From the IMG/VR virus record IMGVR_UViG_3300031555_002904: DNA of 64,000 bases. The stretch is one strand, 5' to 3'. The notes beneath the pieces were generated by a model that was not told the origin of the DNA, ran no database searches, and saw nothing but the letters and a program-made list of their open reading frames with translations. Shown piece by piece: positions 36,139 through 46,552 of this stretch. The translations under genes and the position numbers were made by a program. Numbering within the stretch: position 1 is the first letter of the stretch; every line of letters starts with the position of its first letter. Source of the DNA: a virus. Its lineage: Duplodnaviria; Heunggongvirae; Uroviricota; Caudoviricetes.

Positions 36139-38130
36139 ATGGATAGTATCTATGATAAAATCAAGTTTCTTGTAAGATACCTTAACGAATGTACAAAAGC
36201 ATACGATGAAGGTAATCCAAAAATTACGGACGAAGAATGGGATAATAAATATTTTGAGTTACAAGAATTAGAAAAAGAAACAGGTTTGATTTTATCTAAT
36301 TCTCCTACTCAATCTATTTCTTATGAAGTTGTAAATGCTTTGAAAAAAGTTGAACATTCTCATAAGATGTTATCTCTTGAAAAAACTAAATCCGTTGATG
36401 AAGTTTCTGCTTTTGTAGGTAAAAAGGACTTCTTGGCTATGTGTAAGATGGACGGTTTAACTTGTTCTCTTACTTACCGCAACGGAGAATTAGTTTCTGC
36501 GGAGACTAGGGGAAATGGTCTTGTCGGTGAAGATATCCTGCATAATGCAAGAGTTCTTCCTTCAATTCCAAGTAAAATTCCTTATATGGATGAATTGGTT
36601 ATTGATGGAGAAATCATTTGCACCTATACTGATTTTGAAAAATTCAGTTCAGAATATAAGAACCCTAGAAATTTCGCCGCAGGCAGTATTCGTCTTTTAG
36701 ACTCCAAAGAATGTGCAAGCCGCAATCTTACATTTGTTGCGTGGGATGTTCTCACTCCAATGATGTTTGATGATGGTACCGAGTACAAACTTAGCCAAAA
36801 ACTTAATTATCTTGTACCTTTTGGATTTACTATAGTTCCATATGCGACTGGTCCTGCTTATTACGCAGATGATACTGAGGTTGAAATGGATATGTTTATT
36901 GAGCAAGTGACTCAAATGGCTCAAGGATATAGTTATCCAATTGATGGTGTAGTTATTAAGTTTAATGATTGTGCTTATGGTCGTTCTCTTGGAGAAACAA
37001 CGCATCATTTCAAAAATGCTCTGGCATATAAATTCTATGATGAAACTTACCAGACTAGCTTGTTGGATATTGAATGGACGATGGGTAGAACCGGTGTCCT
37101 TACTCCCGTTGCTGTCTTTGAACCAATCGACGTAGATGGTTCGACCGTAGAAAGAGCTAGCTTACACAATGTAAGTATTCTAAATGAAACTTTACATGGT
37201 TGGGGTTATAAAGGCCAAAAGGTGGACGTCTTTAAGGCTAATATGATTATTCCTCAGATTGCGTCTGCGGAAGAACCCGAGGATTTACCTCAGTATGATT
37301 ATCCTTGGTTTGAACGCCCCAATTGTTGTCCTGTGTGCGGCGGTGAGGTCAAGTATAGTAAGTTGAATGACTCTATGAATCTGACCTGTGTCTCTCCAAC
37401 TTGTCCTGGTAAACTAATCAATCGTCTGGACCACTTCTGCGGTAAGAAAGGTCTTGATATGAAGGGTATCTCAAAGGCAACTTTAGAGAAACTGATTGAT
37501 TGGGGTTGGGTCAATGATTTTACTGACATTTTTGAACTTTCCATTCGTAGAAGTGAATGGGTCCAGAAGCCTGGATTTGGAGCCAAATCCGTCGAGAAGG
37601 TTCTGAACGCTATTAATACTGGCGCAAATTGTGAACTACATCAGTTCATTGCGGCCCTCGGTATTCCGTTGATTGGCTCAACGGCATCGAAAGAATTGGC
37701 AAAGCACTTTGAAACTTGGGAAAAGTTTGTCGAGGCAGCGGAAGGTGGTTTCGCTTTCTACACTCTTCCTAATTTCGGTGGTGAAATGCATAATAGTTTA
37801 GTTAGCTTTAATTATGCCGAAGCAAAACTACTTGCTGACCATTATATTCACTTTAATGCACCTGAAGTCGCTCCCGCCCCGGTCGGCGAGAGTTTAACTG
37901 GAAAAACTTTTGTAATTACTGGAAAACTCACTCATTTCAAGAACCGTGATGAAATCAAGGCACGAATTGAGGCTCTTGGAGGAAAGGTAACTGGTTCTGT
38001 TTCTAAGAACACAAATTTCCTCATTAACAATGATGTGAATTCCACTTCCTCTAAGAACATGACTGCCAAGTCATTGGGGATTCCAATCTTGTCAGAATCT
38101 GACTTCATTCAGACTTTTGGAATCGAGTAA
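36139..38130 (+). CDS. ligA: NAD+-dependent DNA ligase
   Basis: Adenylation KMDG, OB fold, Zn finger CPVCGG...CPGK, HhH, C-terminal BRCT. Confidence 0.9.
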   Translation: MDSIYDKIKFLVRYLNECTKAYDEGNPKITDEEWDNKYFELQELEKETGLILSNSPTQSISYEVVNALKKVEHSHKMLSLEKTKSVDEVSAFVGKKDFLAMCKMDGLTCSLTYRNGELVSAETRGNGLVGEDILHNARVLPSIPSKIPYMDELVIDGEIICTYTDFEKFSSEYKNPRNFAAGSIRLLDSKECASRNLTFVAWDVLTPMMFDDGTEYKLSQKLNYLVPFGFTIVPYATGPAYYADDTEVEMDMFIEQVTQMAQGYSYPIDGVVIKFNDCAYGRSLGETTHHFKNALAYKFYDETYQTSLLDIEWTMGRTGVLTPVAVFEPIDVDGSTVERASLHNVSILNETLHGWGYKGQKVDVFKANMIIPQIASAEEPEDLPQYDYPWFERPNCCPVCGGEVKYSKLNDSMNLTCVSPTCPGKLINRLDHFCGKKGLDMKGISKATLEKLIDWGWVNDFTDIFELSIRRSEWVQKPGFGAKSVEKVLNAINTGANCELHQFIAALGIPLIGSTASKELAKHFETWEKFVEAAEGGFAFYTLPNFGGEMHNSLVSFNYAEAKLLADHYIHFNAPEVAPAPVGESLTGKTFVITGKLTHFKNRDEIKARIEALGGKVTGSVSKNTNFLINNDVNSTSSKNMTAKSLGIPILSESDFIQTFGIE

Positions 38131-38159
38131 TTGACAAAAAGAAAAAAATTTTGTATAAT
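38131..38159 (+). promoter_or_regulatory. promoter (TTGACA-17-TATAAT)
   Basis: TTGACA 38131-38136, TGTATAAT ending 38159. Confidence 0.55.
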
Positions 38160-38191
38160 AAAATCGTAAAGATTAAGGATGAAAATTTTCA

Positions 38192-38383
38192 ATGAAGAAA
38201 AAAGAACTCAAGAATCTGGCTGTAAAAATCGCTAAGTGCGAACGAATCATTCAAACGAGCGATGATAAGAAAGCCGTTCATCAAGCAGAAGAAGAAATTA
38301 TGCGTCTCTCAAGTTCCGTCGATAGACTGGAAGATATGGTCGCTATTGACGAGCTTGTGATGGAACTGCTTGAGAAAAATTAA
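38192..38383 (+). CDS. hypothetical protein
   Basis: 63 aa helical ORF. Confidence 0.4.
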   Translation: MKKKELKNLAVKIAKCERIIQTSDDKKAVHQAEEEIMRLSSSVDRLEDMVAIDELVMELLEKN

Positions 38384-38392
38384 AAAAAATTC

Positions 38393-38421
38393 TTGACTTT
38401 TCAAAAATTTTTTGATATAAT
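38393..38421 (+). promoter_or_regulatory. promoter (TTGACT-17-TATAAT)
   Basis: TTGACT 38393-38398, TGATATAAT ending 38421. Confidence 0.5.
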
Positions 38422-38492
38422 ATTTACATAACCGAGAGGTTAGAAAATATAAACTAAAAAAATATTATTTATTAAGAAGGAGATTATTTACT

Positions 38493-38768
38493 ATGGCTAT
38501 GAAGGAAAATTCCAAGAAGGTTCTGAATTATTTGAAGGAGATTAACGGCGAGAACGTAACTGCTGCTGACGTTGCTGCTGCTCTGGGTCTAGAGAAGCGC
38601 TCTGTTGATGGCATCTTTACTTCCGCTATTCAGCGTAAGGGCTTGGGTGTTCGTACTCCCGCTGAAATCGAGCTAGAGGATGGTACTCACAAGCAGGTTA
38701 AGTTCCTGTCTCTGACTCCTGCAGGCATGAGCTTCGACCCTGACGCAACTGAAGAAGCTGCTGAGTAA
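38493..38768 (+). CDS. small winged-helix-like protein, paralog of 41567-41920
   Basis: RBS AAGGAG; VLNYLKEINGENVTAADVAAALGLEKRSVDGIFTSAIQRKGL parallels ILKFLQEHQETPMWKARDIAEGLFISSRAVSGAMRKLVTDGFV. Confidence 0.5.
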   Translation: MAMKENSKKVLNYLKEINGENVTAADVAAALGLEKRSVDGIFTSAIQRKGLGVRTPAEIELEDGTHKQVKFLSLTPAGMSFDPDATEEAAE

Positions 38769-38784
38769 TTTTGACATATACTAA

Positions 38785-38818
38785 GGGGTAAGATATTAAA
38801 TATCTTACCCCATTTTTC
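38785..38818 (+). terminator. rho-independent terminator
   Basis: ggggtaagata/tttaaa/tatcttacccc then TTTTTCTT. Confidence 0.7.
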
Positions 38819-38824
38819 TTCCAT

Positions 38825-39817
38825 ATGGTGGAATTACTTATTTTTCTAATTTCGTTCATCTTGTCGTCCCTTATTACGGGATATGTTGTATATCGCATTC
38901 TGCGTCCCCGCATTCACGCGGCGCTGGAGTTGGATGCGCAGACTGCCAAAGAGAACGAAAGAATTTAGGAGTAGAATCGTTTAGCCGAAGAGGGCCGCAT
39001 ATGGCTTGAAGCTGAAACTAAACGACTAACAGAAGAAAATAGTAGGTTGTTGCTCCAAAAGGACTCAACCATTGAATAGATTAACACATTAAATAGTAGT
39101 ATTACAGCTATGGAAAAGCAGGCTCAAGAAGCCGCAGATTTATTTTATAGTTCAAAAATGGAAGTCGCTCAAGAAAATCTGGCTCGCTCTTTGGAGCTTG
39201 AAGCATAGAAATATCAAAAGAATGTCGCTTCTTTTGAAGTATAGTATCAAGAAACCGTAGCTGGCTTGATGGAATAGTATAAAGCTCTTGAAGGAAATGT
39301 GGCTATTATGCGTGCTACAAACGATGCCGCAGTTGCCGCAGCCAAGAGAGCAGAAGAAATGAAAGACCAACAAGACTACTATCGCATTTAGCTTTCTGCC
39401 GCAGACCTCCACGAAATTGAGCTTCTGCGTGAGGTAGAACCTTATTTGCGTGATAAAGAACCTTTAAATAAGGTTATTTGGAAATGCTATTATGAAAAAC
39501 CAACGACAGATATGATTGGTAGAGTTATTGGTTCTGGTGTTCATACTGGAATTTATAAAATTACTGAAATCTCTTCTGGAAAATGTTATGTTGGTTAGGC
39601 TGCCAATTTAGCAGACCGCTGGAAATAGCATATTAAACGAGGTGTAGGTGCAGACGCACCCACTCGTAATAAATTATATCCTGCAATGATTGCGGCCGGA
39701 CCCGAGAACTTCACTTTCGAGGTTGTTGAAGAGTGCGACCGTTCCAGACTGGACGAGAGAGAAGATTACTGGCAAGATTATTTTAAAGCAAAAGAGTTTG
39801 GATATAGTATTAAATAA
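38825..39817 (+). CDS. membrane-anchored coiled-coil protein with C-terminal GIY-YIG (T5orf172-like) nuclease domain; 9 in-frame TAG sense codons
   Basis: A 331-codon frame with no TAA or TGA, but TAG at 38966, 38972, 39077, 39206, 39242, 39275, 39389, 39596 and 39626. C-terminus GIYKITEISSGKCYVG-[TAG]-AANLADRWK-[TAG]-HIKRG is the GIY-x10-YIGQ...R..QH signature, with both Q positions encoded by TAG. Confidence 0.75.
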
Positions 39818-39830
39818 AAGGAGTTAATTT

Positions 39831-40103
39831 ATGTATCGTATTATTGATAGCCGTAGTTCCGGCAAGACAAGTAGATTGATGCTTTTGGCAAAGGAAACTA
39901 ATTCCGCAATTGCCTGTATGAATCCACATGCCATGAGAGCAAAAGCTCACGCATATGGCATTACTGGTATTGAATTTATCAGTTATAGTCAGCTCTTTAA
40001 TGGCGAGTACGAAGGTGATGTAATGATTGATGAACTGGAAGTTTTTGTTCAAAATTACATTGATTGTAAATTAACTGGATATAGTTTGTCAAATGAGGAT
40101 TGA
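39831..40103 (+). CDS. small P-loop-like protein
   Basis: RBS AAGGAG; SRSSGKTS degenerate Walker A. Confidence 0.4.
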   Translation: MYRIIDSRSSGKTSRLMLLAKETNSAIACMNPHAMRAKAHAYGITGIEFISYSQLFNGEYEGDVMIDELEVFVQNYIDCKLTGYSLSNED

Positions 40104-40107
40104 GAAT

Positions 40108-40998
40108 ATGAAAATTATTTCTAATGCTGACCAGTATATGTATTCAATGATTAAGGAAATCAAAGAATACGGATATAAGGATGAAAATCCCCGCCCTCAT
40201 TATGCGGACGGCACTCCCGCACACACCTACTCTGTAAATCATACTTTTAGAACTTATGATTTGAGTAGAGGTAATTTCCCCATTTGCACTCTAAGACCCC
40301 AGGCTTGGAAAACTGGTATTAGAGAAATTTTCACGATTTATCAGCATCCAACCAATAACATCAAAGAGATGCATGAGCGTGGAGTTACCTGGTGGGATGA
40401 ATGGGATATTGGCGATGGCACTATCGGACAACGATATGGTGCAACCGTAGACCGCTATGATTTAATCAATAATTTGATTGAAGATATTAAAAATGACCCA
40501 TATGGTCGCCGCAAGATTGTTTCACTATGGCAAGAAACTGACTTGCATGAGACTCCTGGCTTAGCTCCATGTGCGTTCCTTACTATTTGGAATGTTCGTG
40601 GCGAGTACCTGGATATGATGCTTGTTCAGCGTAGTGGTGATATGCTTACTGCTTCTGGCCCCGGTGGAATTAATGAAATTCAATATGCTGCATTACTAAT
40701 GATGATTGCTCGTCATACTGGTTATCAGCCCGGCGTTTTTACTCACGTTGTTGCTAATGAGCAGATTTATGACCGTCATCTTGAGGCTGCTGATGAAATG
40801 CTTCGTCGCTTTGATGAAAAATCTAACGCTGATTGGGAGAAATTCCAGTCAGACCCCGAAGAATGGAAAAAGCAACGCAAGCCAATGCTCGTATTGAATC
40901 CAAACGCAACTAACTTTTTTGAAATGACAATTGATGACTTCACTATGGAGAATTATGAACCTATGAAGCCACAATTGAAATTGGAGTTGGGAATTTAA
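40108..40998 (+). CDS. thyA: thymidylate synthase
   Basis: RRKIVSLWQ, catalytic PCAFLTIWNV, LVQRSGDMLTASGPGG. Confidence 0.85.
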   Translation: MKIISNADQYMYSMIKEIKEYGYKDENPRPHYADGTPAHTYSVNHTFRTYDLSRGNFPICTLRPQAWKTGIREIFTIYQHPTNNIKEMHERGVTWWDEWDIGDGTIGQRYGATVDRYDLINNLIEDIKNDPYGRRKIVSLWQETDLHETPGLAPCAFLTIWNVRGEYLDMMLVQRSGDMLTASGPGGINEIQYAALLMMIARHTGYQPGVFTHVVANEQIYDRHLEAADEMLRRFDEKSNADWEKFQSDPEEWKKQRKPMLVLNPNATNFFEMTIDDFTMENYEPMKPQLKLELGI

Positions 40999-40999
40999 A

Positions 41000-41497
41000 A
41001 TGATTTCTGCAATTGTTGCTGTTGATAATAATTGGGGAATTGGTTATAATGGAGACCTATTGGAACATATTCCAGAAGATTTGAAGTATTTCAAGGCACT
41101 CACTACTGGCCATGTTGTAGTGATGGGAAGAAAAACCTGGGATTCATTACCCCAAAAGCCACTTAAAGATAGACTAAATATTGTTATCTCCAGATAGCCA
41201 AGAGGTCCTCTTGGAAACATGACTTTTAGCATTCCAATGGATGAAGCTAAAGTACGAGTTTCTTTGTCTGATGATGATGAAGAATGGTTTATTATTGGCG
41301 GTGGCTCAATATACCAAGAATTCCTTTCTGTTTGTGACCGTGTTTATGTGACAAAAATTTATAAAGACCACGATAATGTTGATACTTATTTTCCGAATCT
41401 AGATGAATCGGAAGAGTGGGCGCCTGCTGCGTGCGGACAGCTACTAACATATAACGACTTAACTTATCAGTTCTGGCAATATGACAGAATTAGTTGA
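41000..41497 (+). CDS. folA: dihydrofolate reductase with in-frame TAG at 41195-41197
   Basis: MISAIVAVDNNWGIGYNGDLLEHIPEDLKYFK...VVMGRKTW...[TAG]...FIIGGGSIYQEFL; the two ORF halves 41000-41197 and 41219-41497 share one frame. Confidence 0.8.
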
Positions 41498-41522
41498 TTT
41501 TTTAAATTAAATTTGTTATAAT
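41494..41522 (+). promoter_or_regulatory. conserved phage promoter
   Basis: TTGATT 41494-41499, 17 nt spacer, TGTTATAAT ending 41522. Confidence 0.65.
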
Positions 41523-41566
41523 ATATATACAAGGTAAATAAAAAAGAAAGTGAGTTATCTGTAAAA

Positions 41567-41920
41567 ATGAGTAAAAAGCAAGAATTTATTAAGTATGTAA
41601 ATGAGTTGATTGTCGCGGCTCCGAATATTCAGCCGAATGAAGATGCAAGTCTTTATTGGTCTGCGTTCTGTGGACTGGACGAAAATGGCGAAAAACCTTT
41701 GTTTACCGATAATGGTAAGTTAATTCTGAAGTTCCTCCAGGAGCATCAGGAAACACCTATGTGGAAGGCAAGAGATATTGCTGAAGGTCTGTTTATCAGT
41801 TCTCGTGCAGTCTCCGGTGCGATGCGTAAGCTAGTCACTGATGGTTTCGTCGAAAAGGTTGGTCAGGACCCGGTTATCTACTCTATCACTGACAATGGAA
41901 AAAATATTGAGATTGAATAA
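41567..41920 (+). CDS. winged-helix DNA-binding protein (putative regulator)
   Basis: ARDIAEGLFISSRAVSGAMRKLVTDGFVEK wHTH-like. Confidence 0.5.
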   Translation: MSKKQEFIKYVNELIVAAPNIQPNEDASLYWSAFCGLDENGEKPLFTDNGKLILKFLQEHQETPMWKARDIAEGLFISSRAVSGAMRKLVTDGFVEKVGQDPVIYSITDNGKNIEIE

Positions 41921-41937
41921 GGAGATTTAATTTAATT

Positions 41938-42876
41938 ATGAAAAAGACTATGATTAATCAGACTCACATTGAGGGTATTTTGTATGAGCATGACTTAACT
42001 TTGAAGGAGTCTGGAGAGACCTCCAAGAATCCTGGAACCAAGTTCATTTCTGGTACTATCAGCATTGCAACTGATGATGCTATGACTAATATTGTTCCAG
42101 TTCATTTCACTTATGTGACTGCAACTTTCGGTTCCGGCAAGCCCAATGATACTTTCACTACTTTGAGTAATATCATTAATGGCACTTTCGGTTCTTATAT
42201 GAAGGATGGTGCTGATAAGGCCGTTAAGCTTCGCGTTGACTCTGCATTGGGTCTAAATGAGTTCTATACCGACCGTAATGGTAAGGAAGAGCTTGTTTCT
42301 GCAAAGCGTAACGAAGGCGGTTTCGTTCATAAGGTTGATGCCTTGGACGAAGATGAAAAGGTTCGTAACACTTTCAAGGCTGATATGGTTATCACTTCTG
42401 TAAAGCATATTGATGCTGACGATGAGAAGAACCTGCCTGAGAAGTGCATTGTTAAGGGTGCTATCTTCGACTTCCGTAAGAGTTTGCTTCCTATTGAGTT
42501 CAGCGCTACTAATCCTAACGCTATGAGATATTTTGAGAGTCTTGAGGCTTCTCAGAAGAATCCTGTGTTCACTTGTGTTTGGGGACGTCAGGTATCTGAA
42601 GTCGTTGTTCGTCAGATTGTAACTGAGTCCGCATTCGGTGAGGACGAGGTTCGTGAGGTTAAGAATACTCGTCGTGATTTCGTCATCACTGGCGCAGCTA
42701 AGGAGCCTTACGTATGGGACGACGAGAGTTCTATCACTGCTGCTGAGCTGAATGAAGCTATCCAGAAGCGTGAGGTTGATTTGGCTGCTATGAAGAAGCG
42801 TCAGGATGAATATAAGGCATCTCGTAACGCTGCTCCTAAGGCCGCAGCTCCTGCTCAGGGCGGATTTAATTTCTAA
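41938..42876 (+). CDS. hypothetical protein of the replication/recombination module (possible ssDNA-binding or mediator)
   Basis: RBS AAGGAG; 312 aa; Ala/Pro-rich C-terminal tail ending GGFNF; upstream of a Sak4-like ATPase. Confidence 0.4.
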   Translation: MKKTMINQTHIEGILYEHDLTLKESGETSKNPGTKFISGTISIATDDAMTNIVPVHFTYVTATFGSGKPNDTFTTLSNIINGTFGSYMKDGADKAVKLRVDSALGLNEFYTDRNGKEELVSAKRNEGGFVHKVDALDEDEKVRNTFKADMVITSVKHIDADDEKNLPEKCIVKGAIFDFRKSLLPIEFSATNPNAMRYFESLEASQKNPVFTCVWGRQVSEVVVRQIVTESAFGEDEVREVKNTRRDFVITGAAKEPYVWDDESSITAAELNEAIQKREVDLAAMKKRQDEYKASRNAAPKAAAPAQGGFNF

Positions 42877-42899
42877 TTTAAACTGAGGAGGACATAAAC

Positions 42900-43871
42900 A
42901 TGGCAATTGATTTATTGGCTCTACAGCCTCATAAAGTTTCTCGTGACCTAAGTGGTTACATCACATATATTTACGGCGCTCCTAAGTGCGGCAAGACTAC
43001 TCTTGCCGTACAGATGGATAAGGCCCTTCTAGTTGCTTTCGAACCTGGTTATCACGCATTGCCTGGTGTTATGGCACAGGATGTTACTTCCTGGGCCGAA
43101 ATGAAGCAGCTGTACCGTCAGTTGAAGGACCCTCGTGTTCAGGAGATGTATCGCTGTGTTATTATTGACACTATTGACATCGCTGCCGACCGTTGTAAGA
43201 AGTATATCTGCAATCAGAATGGCATTGAGGACTTAGGTGACCTTGGCTACGGTAAAGGTTGGACTAAGTTCAAGGAAGAGTTTAATGAAGTATTCCGTGG
43301 CTTGACTCAGTTGGGTTATGCAGTATTCTTCATTGGACACGATAAGCCCGAATCCATTGATAATCCCGATGGTACTAAGACTTTGAAGATTCGTCCTACT
43401 CTAAGCAACTCCACCAAGACTGTTATCGCTGGTATGGCTGATATTTACGGTTATGCTCATCAGAAGGCCGCAGGTGAGATGTCTGTTCTGACTCTGCGTG
43501 ATGCTTCTGGTACTATTGAGTGCGGCTGCCGTTTCAAGTATATGCCTACTGAAATTGTTATGAGCTACAAGAATCTTGTTAATGCTTTGAATGAAGCTAT
43601 TGACAAGGAAGCCGCTGAAACTGCTGGTCAGTTCGTAACTAGCGAGCGCATTGTTGCTCCTACTGCGGTAACTTATGATTACGATGCTCTGATGGCTGAA
43701 TTCCAGGACTTGGTCGGTCAGCTAATGAGTAAGGGTACTACCAACGGCCCCAAGATTACTGCTATTGTTGAGAGATATCTTGGCAAGGGCAAGAAGGTAG
43801 GAGACACCACTCCTGAGCAGGCTGAATTCGTTAGCTTGATTGTTGCTGACATTAAGTCTGACCTAATGTAA
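42900..43871 (+). CDS. RecA-fold AAA ATPase (Sak4/AAA_24-like recombination protein)
   Basis: RBS GAGGAGG; Walker A GAPKCGKTTLA; Walker B VIIDTID. Confidence 0.6.
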   Translation: MAIDLLALQPHKVSRDLSGYITYIYGAPKCGKTTLAVQMDKALLVAFEPGYHALPGVMAQDVTSWAEMKQLYRQLKDPRVQEMYRCVIIDTIDIAADRCKKYICNQNGIEDLGDLGYGKGWTKFKEEFNEVFRGLTQLGYAVFFIGHDKPESIDNPDGTKTLKIRPTLSNSTKTVIAGMADIYGYAHQKAAGEMSVLTLRDASGTIECGCRFKYMPTEIVMSYKNLVNALNEAIDKEAAETAGQFVTSERIVAPTAVTYDYDALMAEFQDLVGQLMSKGTTNGPKITAIVERYLGKGKKVGDTTPEQAEFVSLIVADIKSDLM

Positions 43872-43885
43872 GAATTTGTATCAGG

Positions 43886-43911
43886 TCGGGGCGTTCCGCT
43901 CCGACTTGATT
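43886..43911 (+). terminator. terminator-like hairpin
   Basis: gtcggggcg/ttc/cgctccgac then T run. Confidence 0.5.
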
Positions 43912-43934
43912 TTTTTTATTTTTTATGGTATAAT
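43906..43934 (+). promoter_or_regulatory. conserved phage promoter
   Basis: TTGATT 43906-43911, 17 nt spacer, TGGTATAAT ending 43934. Confidence 0.6.
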
Positions 43935-43968
43935 ATATTATAAGAAATGTAAGAAAGGAGCATAAGGT

Positions 43969-44628
43969 ATGGCACATATGGTTCTCTGTCCTTATTGTAA
44001 ATAGAAGTTTGACAGAGATAAGGAAGAATATGCGTTAATCGGTGCGCGTCGCTATGCACACGCCGCCTGTATGCTTCGTGAAGCAGAGAAAGACCCAAAC
44101 TATGTAAAGAAAGAAATCATTGACCCACTTGATAATGTTAAGTGTGCATATTGTCAAAAACCAATGTCCAAGAAAGACGCAGATTGCGTTATGATTGGAA
44201 ATAATAAATATGTTCATAAGGCTTGTCAAGAGCTTGAAGAGAAGCGTGAAAAAACTGATAAGGAACAGTTGGAAGATTATATTAAAGAATTATTTAATAC
44301 AACTTACATTGACCCAAGAGTTAGAGCGCAGATTAAAAAGTATGTTGAGGAATTCAATTATACATATTCGGGCATTCGCAAAGCATTAGTATATCATTAT
44401 GAAATAAAAGGCGGAGACAAGTCAAAAGCAAATGGTGGTATTGGTATTGTACCTTATGTGTATGAAAATGCTTATAACTACTATTATAATTTATGGCTTG
44501 CCAAGCAGAAAAATAAAGATGTTGAAGTCGAACAATATACTCCAAAGGTCAAGGAGATTGTTATCCCCAGGCCGCAGAGAAAAGTTAAAAAGCGTCCGTT
44601 ATTCACATTTTTAGACGAGGAGGAGTAA
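43969..44628 (+). CDS. tandem zinc-finger protein with in-frame TAG at 44002
   Basis: RBS AAGGAG. First repeat CPYCK-[TAG]-KFDRDKEEYALIGARRYAHAAC and second repeat CAYCQKPMSKKDADCVMIGNNKYVHKAC. The TAG sits where the second repeat has Q/K. Confidence 0.65.
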
Positions 44629-44631
44629 ATA

Positions 44632-46173
44632 ATGGGCAGTAAGTATGTAGATACAACTGCGATTATGCAGGTAATTGGCTGCGTGTTTAATACCCCTCAG
44701 CTTCTGGAAGCGACTGATAGATATTCAATTGTCGATGAAGATTTCGCAGACCCTTTCCATAAAACTGTTTTTGGTGCGATTTATAAAATCCATGAATTGG
44801 GTGCGAATAAAATCACATTGGAGAGTATCTCCGATTTCTTATCGTCAAGACCCAAGAGTGCTGCGGTATATAAGCAAGGCAAGGGCGAAGAGTGGTTACT
44901 GAAGATTTCAGAAAACGCAATGCCATCAGCATTTGATTACTATTATGGACGATTAAAGAAATTCTCTTTACTTCGTGCATTTGATAACTGCGGAATTGAT
45001 GTTACCGATATTTATGACGCAGATAATATTTTAGATACAAAGAAAAAGCAACTCCAAGAGGACCAATTAGATAATTCAACTTTGGAAGAAATTGCTGATA
45101 AAGTTGATAAAAAGATTGATGATATTCGACTTCAATATGTTGATGACGCTTTTGGAGAAGCACAGCAAGCCGGTGATGGAATTTTTGATTTGATTGAAAA
45201 ATTCAAAGAGCATCCAGAAGTCGGTGTACCTCTATATGGCCCGCTTATTAATACAGTTACTCGTGGCGCAAGATTGAAGAAATTCTATCTTCGTTCTGCG
45301 GCAACCGGTATCGGTAAAACTCGTTCAATGATTGCGGACTGCTGCTATATTGGTTGTAATAAGATTTACGATGAAACTTTTGGATGGATTGGTAGTGGCC
45401 CTGCCGAGCCAGTTTTATTCATCACAACAGAGCAGGAACTTGAAGAAATTCAAACTATGATGCTTGCGTTCTTATCTAACGTTAACGAGGAACATATTCT
45501 TAATGGCGAATATGGCGAAGGCGAAGAGGAACGAATTCTTCAAGCGGCAAAGTTATTAAAAGAAAGTCCTATTTATGTAGAAGAGTTGCCTGACTTCTCT
45601 CTACAGGATGTTGAAAATAAAATCAAAAAGAATATTCGTGAACATGATGTAAAATATGTGTTCCACGATTATATTCATACAAGTTTGAAAATCTTGGAAG
45701 AAATCACAAAGCGTTCTGGTGGCGTTAAGTTGAGAGAAGATAATATTCTATTCATGCTGTCAACTCGTTTAAAAGACATTTGTAATCAGTATGGTGTGTT
45801 TATTATGTCAGCAACCCAGTTGAACGGTGATTACCAAGATAGTAAAACTCCCGACCAGAACTTACTGCGTGGTGCGAAAGCCATTGCGGATAAGATTGAC
45901 TATGGTTCTATTTTGTTGTCTGTAAAAGATGATGATTTGGTATCTCTGGAAAATATATTGTCCTCTAATATTTTTGAAAGACCTACAATTAAGATGTCTA
46001 TTTATAAAAATAGACGAGGACGATACAAGGGTGTAATTTTGTGGTGTAAGGCTGATTTGGGTGTTTGCCGAATTAAACCAATGTTCTGCACCACATATGA
46101 TTATGAAATGGTGAGTATTGATGATGTTCGTATTAGAATCGATGAAGAGTCAGCTTTCGAGTGCGAAGATTGA
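44632..46173 (+). CDS. dnaB: DnaB-like replicative DNA helicase
   Basis: Walker A LRSAATGIGKTR; SATQLNGD (Q motif); about 510 aa with N-terminal DnaB-like helical domain. Confidence 0.75.
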   Translation: MGSKYVDTTAIMQVIGCVFNTPQLLEATDRYSIVDEDFADPFHKTVFGAIYKIHELGANKITLESISDFLSSRPKSAAVYKQGKGEEWLLKISENAMPSAFDYYYGRLKKFSLLRAFDNCGIDVTDIYDADNILDTKKKQLQEDQLDNSTLEEIADKVDKKIDDIRLQYVDDAFGEAQQAGDGIFDLIEKFKEHPEVGVPLYGPLINTVTRGARLKKFYLRSAATGIGKTRSMIADCCYIGCNKIYDETFGWIGSGPAEPVLFITTEQELEEIQTMMLAFLSNVNEEHILNGEYGEGEEERILQAAKLLKESPIYVEELPDFSLQDVENKIKKNIREHDVKYVFHDYIHTSLKILEEITKRSGGVKLREDNILFMLSTRLKDICNQYGVFIMSATQLNGDYQDSKTPDQNLLRGAKAIADKIDYGSILLSVKDDDLVSLENILSSNIFERPTIKMSIYKNRRGRYKGVILWCKADLGVCRIKPMFCTTYDYEMVSIDDVRIRIDEESAFECED

Positions 46174-46249
46174 GCGTGGCTCAAGAAGTAAATTAAATTT
46201 GTTACACGATTCCGATTTTGGAATTATTGATAAAAAGGAGATTAATGAT

Positions 46250-46552
46250 ATGGCAGAGTTTGTAAAGAAGAATAATAACGGCAAGAGAAACAATAACCGC
46301 AAGCCCAATAACAATACACCTCGTTTGGACGGAGCTTTTAACAAGAAGCGTGACACCATTCCCGCTCCTGATGTTTGCGCCGGCACTTTCGAGTACAAGA
46401 TGGGCAAGGTCATGGCTGAGCAGATTCTCAATGACGCCAAGACTAAGAGCGGTAAGTTGCCCAAGCCCGCACAGGAGATTCTGTGTGATTATGTAAACCG
46501 CGAGTGCGGTTTGAAAGGATTCTGCGTCAAGGTTCTTGTTGATATTAATTAA
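46250..46552 (+). CDS. basic Asn-rich protein
   Basis: RBS AAAAGGAG; KRNNNRKPNNN low-complexity region. Confidence 0.4.
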   Translation: MAEFVKKNNNGKRNNNRKPNNNTPRLDGAFNKKRDTIPAPDVCAGTFEYKMGKVMAEQILNDAKTKSGKLPKPAQEILCDYVNRECGLKGFCVKVLVDIN

